64,000 nt of DNA from Mobula hypostoma (lineage: Eukaryota): NCBI RefSeq assembly GCF_963921235.1, contig NC_086097.1, forward strand, positions 78,494,001 to 78,558,000. The letters run 5' to 3'. Within the stretch, counting starts at the first letter, position 1. Every line of letters starts with the position of its first letter. The notes below the pieces were generated by a model, which saw only the letters and a list, made by a program, of their open reading frames with translations, made no database searches and was not told where the DNA came from. The translations under genes and the position numbers were made by a program. Positions 51,701 to 64,000 of the stretch are shown piece by piece.

Positions 51701-51950
51701 TTCTTTCTCTGTAGCTGTTACACTTTATTGTGTATTCTGTTAATATTTATCTTGTACTACCTTACTGCACTGTTGTAATGAATTGATCTGTATGAACAGC
51801 TTTTCACTGTACCTCGTGACAGTAATAAACTAATTCCAAATTAATTTTCTGGTTTTTATGTCTTGCACTGTACTGCACTGCTGCCACAAAACAACAAAGT
51901 CCGTGACATACTGTATGTCAGTGATAATAAACCTGATTCTAATTTGGACT
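48750..51950. mobile_element. Mosaic of CR1, SINE and Rex1 fragments
   Basis: CR1 APE (MALLIRD..STELVWEEVKNRKG); Rex1 (FKFL.VNI, SGRRYKSL..NRLKDNFYP); CR1 tail at ~51242-51400. Confidence 0.75.
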
Positions 51951-52289
51951 CTGTCCCCTGAGAGGCTCATTGTAGGAGTTACCTATTGATTTTCACATGT
52001 GTGCTCTTTTCCTATTACTGCAAATATTTATTTTGCAAGTATGTATCTAATTAATTGCAGAAAGTTGTAGTGATTCTACTTCCACTAAACTTTCAGGCAA
52101 TCTATTCCACATTTTTAAAAAACTTGCTGCCTACAGTTTGTTCCAATCTTTTCTTTTACTTTCCTTCAAGACCATGCGGGCTTCACAAGCTGAGCCAGCA
52201 TTTAATTGCCCTTACCTACTTGTCCTACAGATAACTATATAACTTTAAACAATTCTACTTAAAATCCCTCAAGGAACAAAACAGAAATT

Positions 52290-52682
52290 GGATCCGAGGC
52301 GAGAGCCGATTTTGCTCACTCTTCGCGATGGTCACTCCTCTCATTATGGAGCTGAGGCTATGAAGACTATCCTGGCTGATGTGCTCCATGCCCGCTAACA
52401 TGATGAACTGATAAGTGAGGTTTTGGGCCTACTCCGGTTTGCTCCACGTTCAGACCCGAAGACTCAATTCAGTTTGGAATGCTGTTGTTCGCTTCAATTG
52501 TTCGGCATGATTTGTGTTTTGTTTTCTTTCTCTTGCACATCGGATGTTGGTCTTTTATTTTCTTTAATTGGGTTCTTTCGGGTTTCGTGCTTTGCAGCTA
52601 CATGTAAGCAAACAAATCTCAAGGTTGTATAATTTATACATTCTTTGATAATAAATGTACTTAGAATCTTCAAATCTTGAAT
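52290..52682 (+). mobile_element. Non-LTR retroelement 3' UTR fragment
   Basis: aataaatgtact followed by a (aatctt)n-type tail. Confidence 0.5.
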
Positions 52683-53044
52683 TCTAGTAAATCACATCTG
52701 CAATTTCCCAGGTTCAATGTCCTTCCTATAATGTAGTACACAGATGGAAACAATAACCCAGATTTTGCCTAAATCTTAATTTATTAATGTTCAGCATTTT
52801 CCTTCCTTCTGCATTCTTGTTTTCTATTAATAAACCAAGGACCCTATGTACATTGTTTGAAAATGTCTGTCCAACTTCAAAGATTTGTTTTAATGACTCA
52901 CAGGTTCTAATTTCCTACAGCCATTTTAAGATTATTCCATCTAGACTGCAATGCATCTCTTCATTCTTACAGCCAAAATAGACACTTACACACCATGACA
53001 CTTACACACCTACTTCATTAGTCTATATCTTCCTACTGTTCACT

Positions 53045-53355
53045 ATATGGGCACCCCACTACCACAGTATTTAGCATGACGCTATTACAGTTCAGGGAGT
53101 CAGAGTTCAGAGTGCAATTCCAACGACATCTGTAAGGAGTCTGTATATCCTCCCTGTAGAATGTCTGGTTTTCTCGGGATGCTCCAGGTTCCTCCTACAG
53201 TCCAAAGATGTACTGGTTAATGGGTTAATTGGTCATTGTAAATTGTCCCGTGACTTGGCTAGAGTTAAATCGGGGGTTGCTGGGCAACATGGATCAACAG
53301 GGATGATAGAAGGATCGATGGATGGATGGATGGATAGACAGATAGATAGACAGAT
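53045..53355 (+). mobile_element. SINE fragment followed by a (gatg)n/(gata)n microsatellite
   Basis: SINE core ggtttcctcc..tccaaaga..ggttaattggtcattgtaaattgtcc; related antisense copy at ~62340-62663. Confidence 0.7.
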
Positions 53356-53999
53356 ATTTCCTTGTATCAACTTCTATATATGAGTTCAGGACTTGTATTT
53401 AAAGCAAAAAAGAACTTTTTTAAACTCAAAGACTTAACAGATGTTGGAAATACAGAGCAACACACAAAATGCTGTGGGAACTCGGCAGGTCAGGAAGCAT
53501 CTGTCAAGAGGAATAAACTGTCGATGTTTTGGGCCAAGACCTTTCATCAGGAAATGTGGTGAACACCCTTCACTACTTTCATAAACTACTTACAGTACAT
53601 TTGCACAGTACCTTTAACACCTAAGATATTTTATAAGAACATTATCAATAAAATGTTTGTTATTAAGCAACAGAAAGAAGCTATTTGGACATATGACTAA
53701 CAGCTTGATCAAAAATGTGTTTTTCAATTTTGTTTTTGAATTGTTTTAAAGACTATCTAAATGATAGAACACAGTGACACAAAAACAGTGAAGTTTAAAG
53801 AGGAGAGGCCAGAATTGTTGGTGAGGCTGCACTGTGTATATCTATAATCACACTTTTATAGTAAAGATGTGATTAAACTGGAAAGAGTGAAGAAAAGATT
53901 TTTAAGGATATTGCTAGGAAGACGGCCTGAATTATAGGCAACAGTTGACGAGACTAAGTCTGATTCCTCAGAATGTATGACAATGAGTGGGCAACCTTA

Positions 54000-56735
54000 G
54001 ATCATGAGACCACAAGACATAGGAGCAGAATTAGGCCATTCAGCCCATCATGTCTGCTCCGCAATTCCATCATGTCTGATCTTGGATCCCACTCAACCCC
54101 ATAAAACTGCCTTCCCACTGTATCCTTTGATGCCCTGACAATCAGGAAACTATCAAATTCCGCGTTCAATATACATACAGACTGCAGTCTGTAGCAGAGT
54201 ATTCCACAGATTCATCATTCTCTGGCTAAAATATACCTCCTTACCTCCATTCTAAAAGGTCACCCTCAATTTTGAGACTGTGCCCCCTAGTTCTGGATAC
54301 CCCCACCATAGGAACATCCTCTCCACATCCACCCTATCTAGTCCTTTCAACATTTGGGAGGTTTCAATGAGATCCCCCTGACATTCTTCTAAATTCCAGT
54401 GAGTACAGGCTTGAAGCTGCCAAATGTTCTTCATATATTAACCCCTTCATTCCCAGAAGCATCCTTGTGAACCTCCTCTGAACTCTCTTCAATAACAACA
54501 CATCCTTTCTGAGATAAGGGGCACAAAACTGTTGACAATACTCAAAGTGTGGCCTGACTAGTATCTTATAAAGCCTCAACATATAAAGCCACACCTTTAT
54601 ATTCTATTCCCCTTGAAATAAATGCTAACATTGCATTTGCTTTCTTTACCACAGACTCAACCTATAAATTAACCTTCTGGGAGTCTTGCAGGAGGACTCC
54701 CTACATCTGCATCTCTGATGTTTGAGCCTTCTCCCCATATAGATGATAGTCTGCACTATTGTTCCCTTTACCAAAATGCATTTCCCAACTTTGTATTCCA
54801 TCTGCCACGTTTTTGCCCATTCTTCCAGTTTGTCTTCGCATTTCTTCCTCAGCACTCCCTACCCCTCCACCTATCTTTGCATCGTCCACAAACTTTGCCA
54901 CAAAGCTATCAATTCCATTATCCAAATCATTGACAGATGATGTGAAAAGTAGTGATCCCAATACTGACCTCTGAAGAACACCACTAATCACTGGCAGCCA
55001 AGCAGAAAAGGGCCCCCTTGATTCCCACTCACTGCCTCCTGGCTGTCAGCCATTCCTCTATCCAGCCTAGAATCTTTCCTGTAACATCATAGGATTTTAT
55101 CTTGTTAAGCAGCCTCATGTGTGGCACCTTATCAAATGCCTTCTGAAAATCCAGATAAATAATATCCACTGCCTCTCATTTGTCCACCCTGCTTATTACT
55201 TCCTCGAAGAACTTTAACAGATTTGTCAGGCGAGATTTTCCTTCACAGAAACCATGTTGATTTTGACTTATCTTATCATTAGTCTCCAAGTACCCCAAAA
55301 CCTTATCCTTCGTATTACACTCCAACACTCTCCCAACCTCTGAGGTCAGGCTAACAGGCTTATAATTTCATTTCTCTGCTTTCCTCATTTCCTAAAGAGT
55401 AAAGTGGCATTTGCAACCTTCCAGTCCTCTGGGACCATGCCAGAATCAAATGATTCTTGAAAGATCATGACCAATGCATCCATTATCTCCTTAGCAACCT
55501 CTTTCAGGACTCCGGGATGTAGTCTATTTGGTCCAGATGTTTTATCCACCTTAAGACCTTTGAGTTTACCTAGCATTTCTTCCTTTGTAATAGCAATGGC
55601 ACTCACGGACCTCTGGCACACTGCTAGAGTCTTCCATAATGAAGACTGGTGCAAAGCACCCTTTGAGTTCATTTGTCATTTCTTTGTCCCCCATTACTAC
55701 CTCAGCAGCATCATTTTCCAGAGGTCCAATATCAACTGTCACTTCCCTTTTATTCTTTATATAACTGAAAACATTTCTCTTATGATCCGACACCAAACTG
55801 ATTTTCCTAATCCCTTGCATATTGAAGTCCCCCCATAAGTCTTTTCAACCTTATAGAGCTGTTTAAAATTATGGGATGCATAGATGAGATGAATGGTGGG
55901 TCTTTTCTCTGTGATGGGGGAATCCAACACCTGGGACATAGATTTAGTGTGAGAGGGGAAACATCTTAAAAGTCGACCCAAGGGGCAACTTCTTCACACA
56001 GAGAGTGGTGATTGTATAGAATATGCTGCCAGGCAAAGTGGTTGAGGTAGTACAGTAGTATCATTTAAAAGCCACATGGATAGGTACATGGAGAGGAGGG
56101 ACCTGGAGGAATATGGGCCAAACACAGTAAATTTGGACTGGCTAGAAGGACAATATGGTCAGTAAGGGTCATTGCACTGAAGTGCTTGTATCCGTGCTGT
56201 GCTGTATTGCTCTATGACTTTATTCAATAATCAGAATGGAATACAACATACATGGTTTAATACACTATGCTTTTAAGTGTTGCTGCCACCTCAGTGGAAA
56301 GTAAAAGTCACATCATTAAGGTTGCTGTTTTGATCAAGGAGATGTAGAGCACAAGTAACATAGTTATCTATCAACTGGTGAAAGGCCTTGATAGAGTGGA
56401 AGTGAAGTGGATGTTTCCTATGGTGGGAAAGTCTAAGACCAGAGGACACAGCTTCAGAATTAGAGGGGCAACCTTTTAGAAGGGAGATCAGGAGAATTTC
56501 TTTAGCCAGAAAGTGGTGAACCTGTGGAATTCTTTGCCACAGGCAGCTGTGTAGGCCAAGGCTTTATGTATATTTAAGGCAGAGGTTGATTAATTCTTGA
56601 TTAGTCAGGGCATGAAGGGACACGGAAGAAAAGCAGGAGATTGGGGCTGAAAGGAAAATTGGATCAGCCATGATGAAATGGCAGAGCGGACTTGATGGGC
56701 CAAATGGCCTAATTACACTCCTACATAATGGTCTT
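54000..56735. mobile_element. CR1 copies (54000-55770 -, 55850-56220 +, 56370-56735 +)
   Basis: SGVLQRSVLG, KFVDDAKIGG, VRPHFEYC, VPEDWKVAN. Confidence 0.9.
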
Positions 56736-58619
56736 AAAGTAAAGATTCAAAAGCTGTTGAAAATGGCTCTGGGATACTCCACAGGAAGTGCCTCTTCTAA
56801 ACCTTCTGCAATGTAATTGTCATACAACACTGAAATAGCAAGGAATTCAGATCACTGAAGCTGTAGGTCAGCTTTGTTCCTCTACCACCTCAGTTTTATA
56901 TTTCAAAATTCTATTATTTTTCCTTAGAGCTACTATTCAGTATTTTAGACATCACAGTTTACATGCAAAGCAAAATTTTACAGGTGTACGAAATGCAAAC
57001 CAAAAAAGTGAATATTATAAGCACTCAGCAGTTCAGACAGCAACTTTGCAGAGCAAAAAAACAAATTTAAAGATTCTGATCAATGATGTCGTGGTTGACA
57101 ACTATTTAGATATTGAGAACAAATGTGATACTAGAATGCAAATTCTTGCATTTCCAATGAAGTATTGCAATGTTTGATGGAGGTCTTTAGTGGATACAGT
57201 ATAGGTATAATCCACCATACTCTGCACTGAGGAAGCCAAAGCCTGTAGAACTTAGAGACAACAATGTGAGTTCATGCTTCCTTGTTGAAGTACTAATGAA
57301 CAGCATTCTGAGATACACTGAAGTTTCCAAGTAAAGATTCAAAGCCAGAAAATATGGCCGCATCTACAGTGGGCAAGAATGCACTATTGTCCTGTCCTGT
57401 CACCACCTATTTGAAGAAGTTGAGTTTTTGCAAGATTTGCCCCATGAAAAATGTACAAAGGAGCTGTACTCTCTAAACACAATGTCAGAGTTCTTATCCC
57501 CCTTCTTCCTGTCTCTGACGCTTTGTCACATGCCAAGGTCTCACTTCCTCCTCCCTATCATATTGAATACCAAGCAATGTGTACACTTAAACATTCTATT
57601 TTATTCAGCACTATGGATGACAGGAGATGCCAACAAAGCCCCAGCCTCACAGACAGCTTAACATCTCTTTCTCCAGCTGTGTATTCAATGCACTCTTTTG
57701 AACATGATGAGCTCCTGCTCAAAGCCAACATACTTCCCAGTAAGTGAAAATCTCTTTCTGGCAGAGGGTGTTCAGGATTTTAATACATTACCAGGACCAT
57801 TATAGTTAAACTTAGCAAGGAGATTATTGTTAGTTTTGTATGAGGATTAACATTCACAATAACTTATTTGCTTTTTTTCAATCCATTTATGAAATGTGTA
57901 TACCTGTTACAATGCTCTAGAGAAATGGTGATAAGAAATCTTCTTGAACCATGCAGTTGCTCTGGTGAAGGTACTTCACAGATCTTGTGAGTAGGGAACT
58001 CCAGTAATTAGGCCCAGAAACAGAAAGGAATGGCACTATATTTCCAAGTCAGAAAAGTGATAGCAGGTGTTGGGCATTGGGTGGTGTCCACCTGCCCCAC
58101 TTGGGTAAAGGCTCACATTTTTCAAGGGCCAATGTCCAAGAGAAGGCTGTGCAGTCCAGCATTCTGTGGGCTTTCCACATTCCCTACTACCCTCATGCGG
58201 CAAGGCCGGTCAAACGCATGAACGGCAAATAAAGCAGATAGAGTTATTGATTCCCACCTGCACCTTTCAGGTGCGGCTCAGTGTGCTGCAGCATGTGGTG
58301 GATAGCCTGAAACCCCGGTCAGCAGGCCTGGGAGGGTCCCTGCACTTGGCAGTTTCAGATCCTCCCAAGATGAAAGAGGTGGAGTTGGAGGAGGAATCAG
58401 GGACAGTTTGAGTGCAGCACCCATGAGGGCCACCAGAGTATGGGCAGATTGTGGCACATGGACTGAGGAATACATGATGGATGGCTACTGGGGGAACAGG
58501 AAATAGTCTGCCTAAATAGCCAGCAACTAACCAGGAGGGAGTGAGTTTGTGTCTCCCTATATTACAGAATGGCAAAGTGGTGAGTGCTGGCAGCAGTGAC
58601 AATGGTGGTGGTCATTCTG

Positions 58620-59990
58620 AGATCCTACAACACACTCCAAGGTCGGCGTACAAGTATGTGAACCACACCTACCCTGTTGAGTCTGCATGAGAGCTCCAAC
58701 ACACGCTGTAGAAGGGGTGCCGCTGATACTGATCCTCTCTAACGAAGAGGAACAGAACTGTAGGAAGAACTTGTCCAGCTTCTTGAGTTTTGGCACTCTG
58801 TTTTGGGGGACACCAGGAGGGAATAGTCCATTCAGCAAACCTCGCCCAATCATATGGAAATGGCCTTAAAGAACTCGAGTTTCAGTAACCCCTGGTGGAG
58901 AAGTCTTTTAAGGGCTCGTACTTCCCTGCTTATGATTTGTCTGATCCCAAGGTTCCAACTTGGAAAGTACTCCCTCTTTCAGCAGGGAGAGGGAAGGAGT
59001 GTTGGTGCAAGCGGTGTGATGAGAACAGGTCCAACCAGTCAGTGGGACACAGTGAGTATGAGCAGGAGCAGTATCCTTGGATGACTGTGTCAACACTGAA
59101 TGGTGCCATGAAGGTGGGCACTCCCTGGATGCAAAATGGTAAGTACTGGATATATAGCACCCGGGCCTACCCATAGCTGCTGCTATCTGGGGTATGTGGT
59201 ACCATACATACACTGCCTTAATAGCCTGGACTGGCATCCTACCCATGAGGGTTGGCGCAGTAAGAGGTGTATCACAGAGGCAGAGAGGTTCTGGATGAAA
59301 GACATATCTTTGTATGACACTGCCAAATGGGGCTTTAGTTCACTTGTCGGTCGAAAGCCACTTCTACTGTGCCAGTCATTAATTGGCCTGTTTGAAGTAT
59401 GTAGCAGCTCTTTGCCATTATTTGCCTTGTGTGCCACGGCACCAGTGTCTGGTTTCAGGCACCTCAGGGGTATAAAAATAGAACGTGCAGGAGGCTCAGC
59501 CTCTTTTTTCGTGTCCCCAGTCACCCAGTTTCTCACTGAGGTCGCAATAGTGCTGAAGAACCATTGGGAACATATGCTGCAGATACGGAAGGGCCCACAC
59601 GCACTCTGAGCTAATTATCTGTTTGTTGAATGTTTAGTTTTGTAGTCTGTGTAACTGGGAGAGGGGGAATTCGAATGTTTGGTCGAATCTTTTACTGCTT
59701 GTAAATAAATAATTAATGTGCTTATTCATAATCAGTGCCATCTGTCTCACTCACCAAACCCATGAACCTGCTTCATCATAATAGCTATGGCCAGGCTGTA
59801 CTAGGAACTAGTATGCATGGCCTCTGCGATGGAGTCGCTGGCCAACAAGATGGCCACAGCACTCAAGCATACAGAGGATGCACTGAATGGAGTGTCAGCT
59901 GAAATAATGACTATTTGGATGGTGGCCTTGCAAAGTCAGATAGCCTTGGACTACCTACTCGGTAAACAGTGGGGGTGTGCTGCAGTAAAG
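58620..59990 (+). pseudogene. Gamma-type env pseudogene (SU and partial TM)
   Basis: CWxC-type motif with a TGG>TGA change, CYLGYVVPYI, RSKR, heptad region, LQSQIALDYLLGKQWGC. Confidence 0.82.
59311..59778 (+). mobile_element. LTR lying inside the env fusion-peptide region
   Basis: TGTATGA start, TATAAAA at 59471, AATAAA at 59704; its 3' end resembles the LTR end at 60190-60220. Confidence 0.65.
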
Positions 59991-60239
59991 AGGGCCCGAG
60001 TGCACACTTTAGATAAGCAGTTGCCATTGTGTGTACGTTTAGTATCTGTTTTGTCCTGCCACTTTGGGCACTCAGCTAAGATAGATAGCTGTAAACAAGT
60101 TTAGCATAATATGTGAATGTTTAGTGTCTGTCTTGTCTTGTAAATAATTGTTTATCTTACTTACCAGTAGTGAGCCTCTTCTATCCCCACTCACTGAACC
60201 CACGAACCTGATTTCATACACAGCACACATCTGTTTTTG

Positions 60240-60680
60240 GAATTGGAATCGGTTTATTATTATCACAGTGAAATGCTTATCTTGCAGACGGTTCATATGG
60301 ATCAAATCATTACACAGTGCACTGAGGTAAAACAAGGTAAAACAGTAACAGAATGCAGAATAATGTGAAACAGATACAGATAAAGTGCAAGATCATAACA
60401 AGGTAGGTTGTGAGGTCAAGAGTCCATTAGTCATTCTCGGGAACAATTCAATAGGTTTGTAACAGAGGGATAGAGCTGTCCCTGAGCCTGGTGGAACATG
60501 TTTCAGGCTTTTTCATCTTCTGCCCAATGGGAGGGGAGAGGGGAAAAGGGGAAAATGTCTTTAAGGAGTGTGATCTTTGATTATGTTGGCTGCTTTACTG
60601 AGGCAGCAAGAGTACAGACAGAGTCCATGGAGTGGAGGCTGTTTTTCGTGACATAATGAGTTGTCTCCACAACTCTGCAT
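60240..60680 (-). mobile_element. Rex1/Babar 3' fragment
   Basis: Antisense PLGRR*KSL region with an aattgg/aatcgg-type tail at its left end. Confidence 0.7.
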
Positions 60681-61229
60681 TTTCAATGGTTCTAAATACC
60701 ATAATTACATTCTAAATGTTGGCATTTTGTTATCTTAACTGCAGTTAATAATATAAAATCCAAGTATTATATGGAATGTTATTCTGTTTTCACCAAGACC
60801 ACTCCACAATCAGGTTTGATTTCATACTTGGAACATTTTACACACTCATTCACTAGACAGTGATACTCAAAAACAATGAAACAAATTCAAATAAATTCAA
60901 ACTGAGCGTGCCAGTATCAACATGAACAATTAAAGCAAAAGGTTAATGCACTTGCATTTAAGTGTGTCAGGTCAATTCTAATTGCATTAAGCCTTCATTA
61001 AGTATCAAGATATTATCACTAATTTTATGTGCTAGCTTCTGACTTATTCATCTCAGAAAGGTCATGAATAAAACAGTTGCTGGCTCTAGGACACTGCTCC
61101 AGGGATTTTATTTGTTAGCTTTCAAATTTCCACGAAGTTCAGCATGAAAGGCAACAGCATAGTTGGACAAATAGCCTTTTTGCATGCTTTTATGAATAAG
61201 TATGCAAGGCACCTAACAAAGGAGAGCTA

Positions 61230-63060
61230 GCTATGTGATACATAATTGGCTTCATGGTAGCTAGCAAAGGATGGTGGTACAAAGTTGTTTTTCAGTCCAG
61301 AGTTCTGTAACTAGATGTGTCCTGGACCTATTGTTCTTTGTCATTTGGATGAGAATGTACAAGACATAGTCAGCAAATTTGCAGATGACACTAAAATGAT
61401 CCTGACCCAGATCTGGGCGTACCCTCCAACTATCCGGACCTGCATCTCAGTTTTTTTGCACTACCTTACCTTCCATTTTTCTATTTTCTATTTATGATTT
61501 ATAATTTAAATTTTTAATATTTACTATTGATTTGTAATCCAGGGAGCAGGAAGCGCAGAATCAAATATCGCTATGATGATTGTACGTTCTAGTATCAATT
61601 GTTTGGTGACAATAAAGTACAAAGTATAAATAGGTGGTGTCATAGTCAGTAAAGAAGATTATCAAAAATTCCTGGGATTACAATGCTGGAAATCCTGCTT
61701 TTCAGCTAGTTCCCTAAAATCACTTCCCAGGATCTCCTCTCTGCTTCTGCTTCTGCCTATGCCATTGTCTAGATGAAGCTTTCTCCTCTCACCCTAATTC
61801 TATGTCCCCCAGTTTTGGAATCCTCCACATTATCTGTACATCCCATAACTGAAACACTTTATAACATTACCCTTCATTCTCCTATATTCCAAGAAATAAA
61901 AATCTAGTCGGCCAACCTCTCCTTATAACTCAAGCCTGCTGGTCCTGGCAATATCTTCATACATCTTTTCTACCCTCTTTCCAGTTCAACAGCATCTTTC
62001 CTATAAAAGAATCACCAAAACTGTACAAAGTGCTCCAAGTGTAGCCTCATTAATGACTTATATAACATAGTATCGCAACTCCTATTCTCAGTGCCCTGAC
62101 TGATAAACACCAGCGTGATAAATGCATTTTACACAACCCTGTCTACTTGTGAAGCCACTTTCAACAAACTATGTACCAAGTCCCTCTGTCCCATTACACT
62201 CTGTATAACCCTACTTATCATCACATAAATCCTACATGTTTAAATTTTCCAAAATACATCAACCCGCATTTATCTGCATTGAAATCCATTTGCCGCTCCT
62301 TGACTGTCTTCCCTTCCTGATCAAGATCCCCTTAAAATTATTTTAAGGTTACATTTATCTGTCGCATGTACATTGAAACATACAGTAAAATGCGTTATTT
62401 GAATCAATGATCAACAGGGTCCGAGGATGTGCAAGAGGCAGCCCACCAGTGCTTTCATGCTTCCGGCACCGACACAGCAATCCCACCACTTACTAACCCA
62501 AACGTGTACACCTTTCGACTATGGGAGGAAACTGGAGCACCTAGAGGGAACCTGTGCAGTTATGGGGAAAACATACAAACTCTTTACAGAGAGCAGCGTG
62601 AATTGAACATGGGTTACTGAAACTGTAATAGTGTCAGTAACCACCACACTACCATGTTGCCCTCCTGTAATCTTCGATAACCTTCTTCACTATCAAAATC
62701 TCTTAATTTTATGTCATCTGCAAGCTTCCTGATCAAGCTTTATGCATTCATATCCAAGTCATTGATATAAATAACAAATAACAAGGGTTCAATCACTGAT
62801 TCCTGCAACATACCACTAGTCATCAATCTCCATTCGAAGAAACAAATTTCAAACAACACCCTCTGCTTCTTACCTTTCAGACAACTTTGAATCTACCTAA
62901 CTACCTCTCTGTGAATTCTTAGGCTATGCTGGACCCTATCAAAGGCTTTGCTTAAGTCCTGATAGATAACATTCACTACTCTACCCTCGTGTACCCTTTT
63001 GGCTACCTCTTCAAAGAATTTGTCAAACACAACTTTATGTGCATAAAGCGATGCTAACTC
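61230..63060. mobile_element. CR1 fragments (61230-61690 +, 61700-63060 -) with nested inserts
   Basis: VSKFADDTK; antisense RT motifs; non-LTR 3' insert at ~61400-61628 and SINE at ~62340-62663. Confidence 0.75.
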
Positions 63061-64000
63061 CTTCAGCAGGTTTTATAAATCAGCTGATCTGTACTGGTAA
63101 CTAAGACCCCGCAGCAAATTATATAGTTTTTTAGTCAATGGTACAAACAATAACGTTCAGAACCCTATTTCAAAGGAAATGTTGGCTTCTGTAAAATAGA
63201 TTAAGCCGATTGCTTTGGCATTTGATTAAAATGTTGCAAGGCAACTTATCAAAATCATACAAATTCCCAGAGGCATTTCTGTCTCCAAAAAGAACAAAAA
63301 ACTATATCCTTTCTATACTTTCTCTATGTAGTAAGCTATTCGAATTCCTAGACTTCTATTAACATTGCATTATTACAAAAAATATTCTGTTTTTCTTTAA
63401 ATTTTATTTCTTTTGAGATTTTAGATAAACAATAATTCTTTGCCAGGACTGGAAAATTTTTCTTGCCAACAATTTAGCCCAAAGGTGGAAAGTACGTTCC
63501 AGCTCCAATAAGATAAATACACACCGCAAGTCACCAGAATGCTGATTCCCATGAATTTTTGGCAAGTTAAAAGGCAAATGCAATACAAATCCAAATATGC
63601 CAAAAGAATATCACTCAGAAAGAAATACTAAAAAGTTATTGCAATAAAAATACTTCCATTCTCTACAATGTTTATTTACAATCTTATTATATTGTAACAA
63701 TGTAGAGGACATTTTAAACTCATCCACCCATCTTGCACCCAAATGCAAGATTGGGAAGAATATAAGGTAGATATCTGATCTTATTTAAAGCTTCTCTTTG
63801 ATGCTGGCAGTATGAATTTGTCAATATGATTGATTCCCGTTTCTCTCCTGAAATAACATCAAAATCATATCAAAACTGCTACTACATGAACTGAAATGGT
63901 TCAAGAAGATGGCTTACTACCATCTTCAAGATTAATTAGGATAGACTCCCACATCCATTTTGTGATGGAGCAACTGATGAGTGTAAGCAAAAGAAACAAT

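Larger units (their letters stand above)
58059..60220 (+). mobile_element. Decayed endogenous retrovirus: integrase fragment, env and LTR pieces
   Basis: IN: KGSHFSRANVQEKAVQSSILWAFHIPYYPHAARPVKRMNG (58107-58229). Env: C*VC (58675), NGKYW..AYP, furin site RSKR (59256-59267), ISD LQSQIALDYLL. Ends in TCATACA. Confidence 0.85.

Noticed and set aside
57340..57760. Possible coding remnant
   Set aside because: No recognisable motif on either strand
1..64000. Intact host CDS among the listed ORFs
   Set aside because: ORFs are short LINE, PLE or LTR fragments or their antisense frames; no intact spliced gene could be assembled

Overview
Eukaryotic, AT-rich, repeat-saturated vertebrate genomic DNA. 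The mix of CR1 LINEs, Rex1/Babar LINEs and Penelope-like elements suggests a cartilaginous fish (ray/shark); this is an inference. I found no intact protein-coding gene, rRNA, tRNA gene or CRISPR array, and nearly all listed ORFs are LINE fragments or their antisense shadows. The window holds many nested retroelements (CR1, Rex1/Babar, Penelope, Gypsy internal pieces and solo LTRs, tRNA-derived SINEs) and DNA transposons (an internally deleted hAT with an 8-bp TSD, hAT MITEs, a Tc1 MITE, a Tigger3/MER2-like MITE). Most notable: (1) about 11 minimal hammerhead-ribozyme motifs in Penelope pseudo-LTRs, including three inverted-repeat insertions that each carry a 14-bp TSD, the smallest a ~400-bp non-coding double-ribozyme palindrome; (2) a decayed endogenous retrovirus pairing a class III (ERV-L/S-like) integrase with a gamma-type env; (3) a MITE closely resembling eutherian MER2/Tigger3, a horizontal-transfer candidate; (4) remnants of a minus-strand multi-exon host gene, possibly TOPAZ1-like, now apparently a pseudogene. 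Family assignments come from recalled motifs, not database searches, and boundaries of old elements are approximate.
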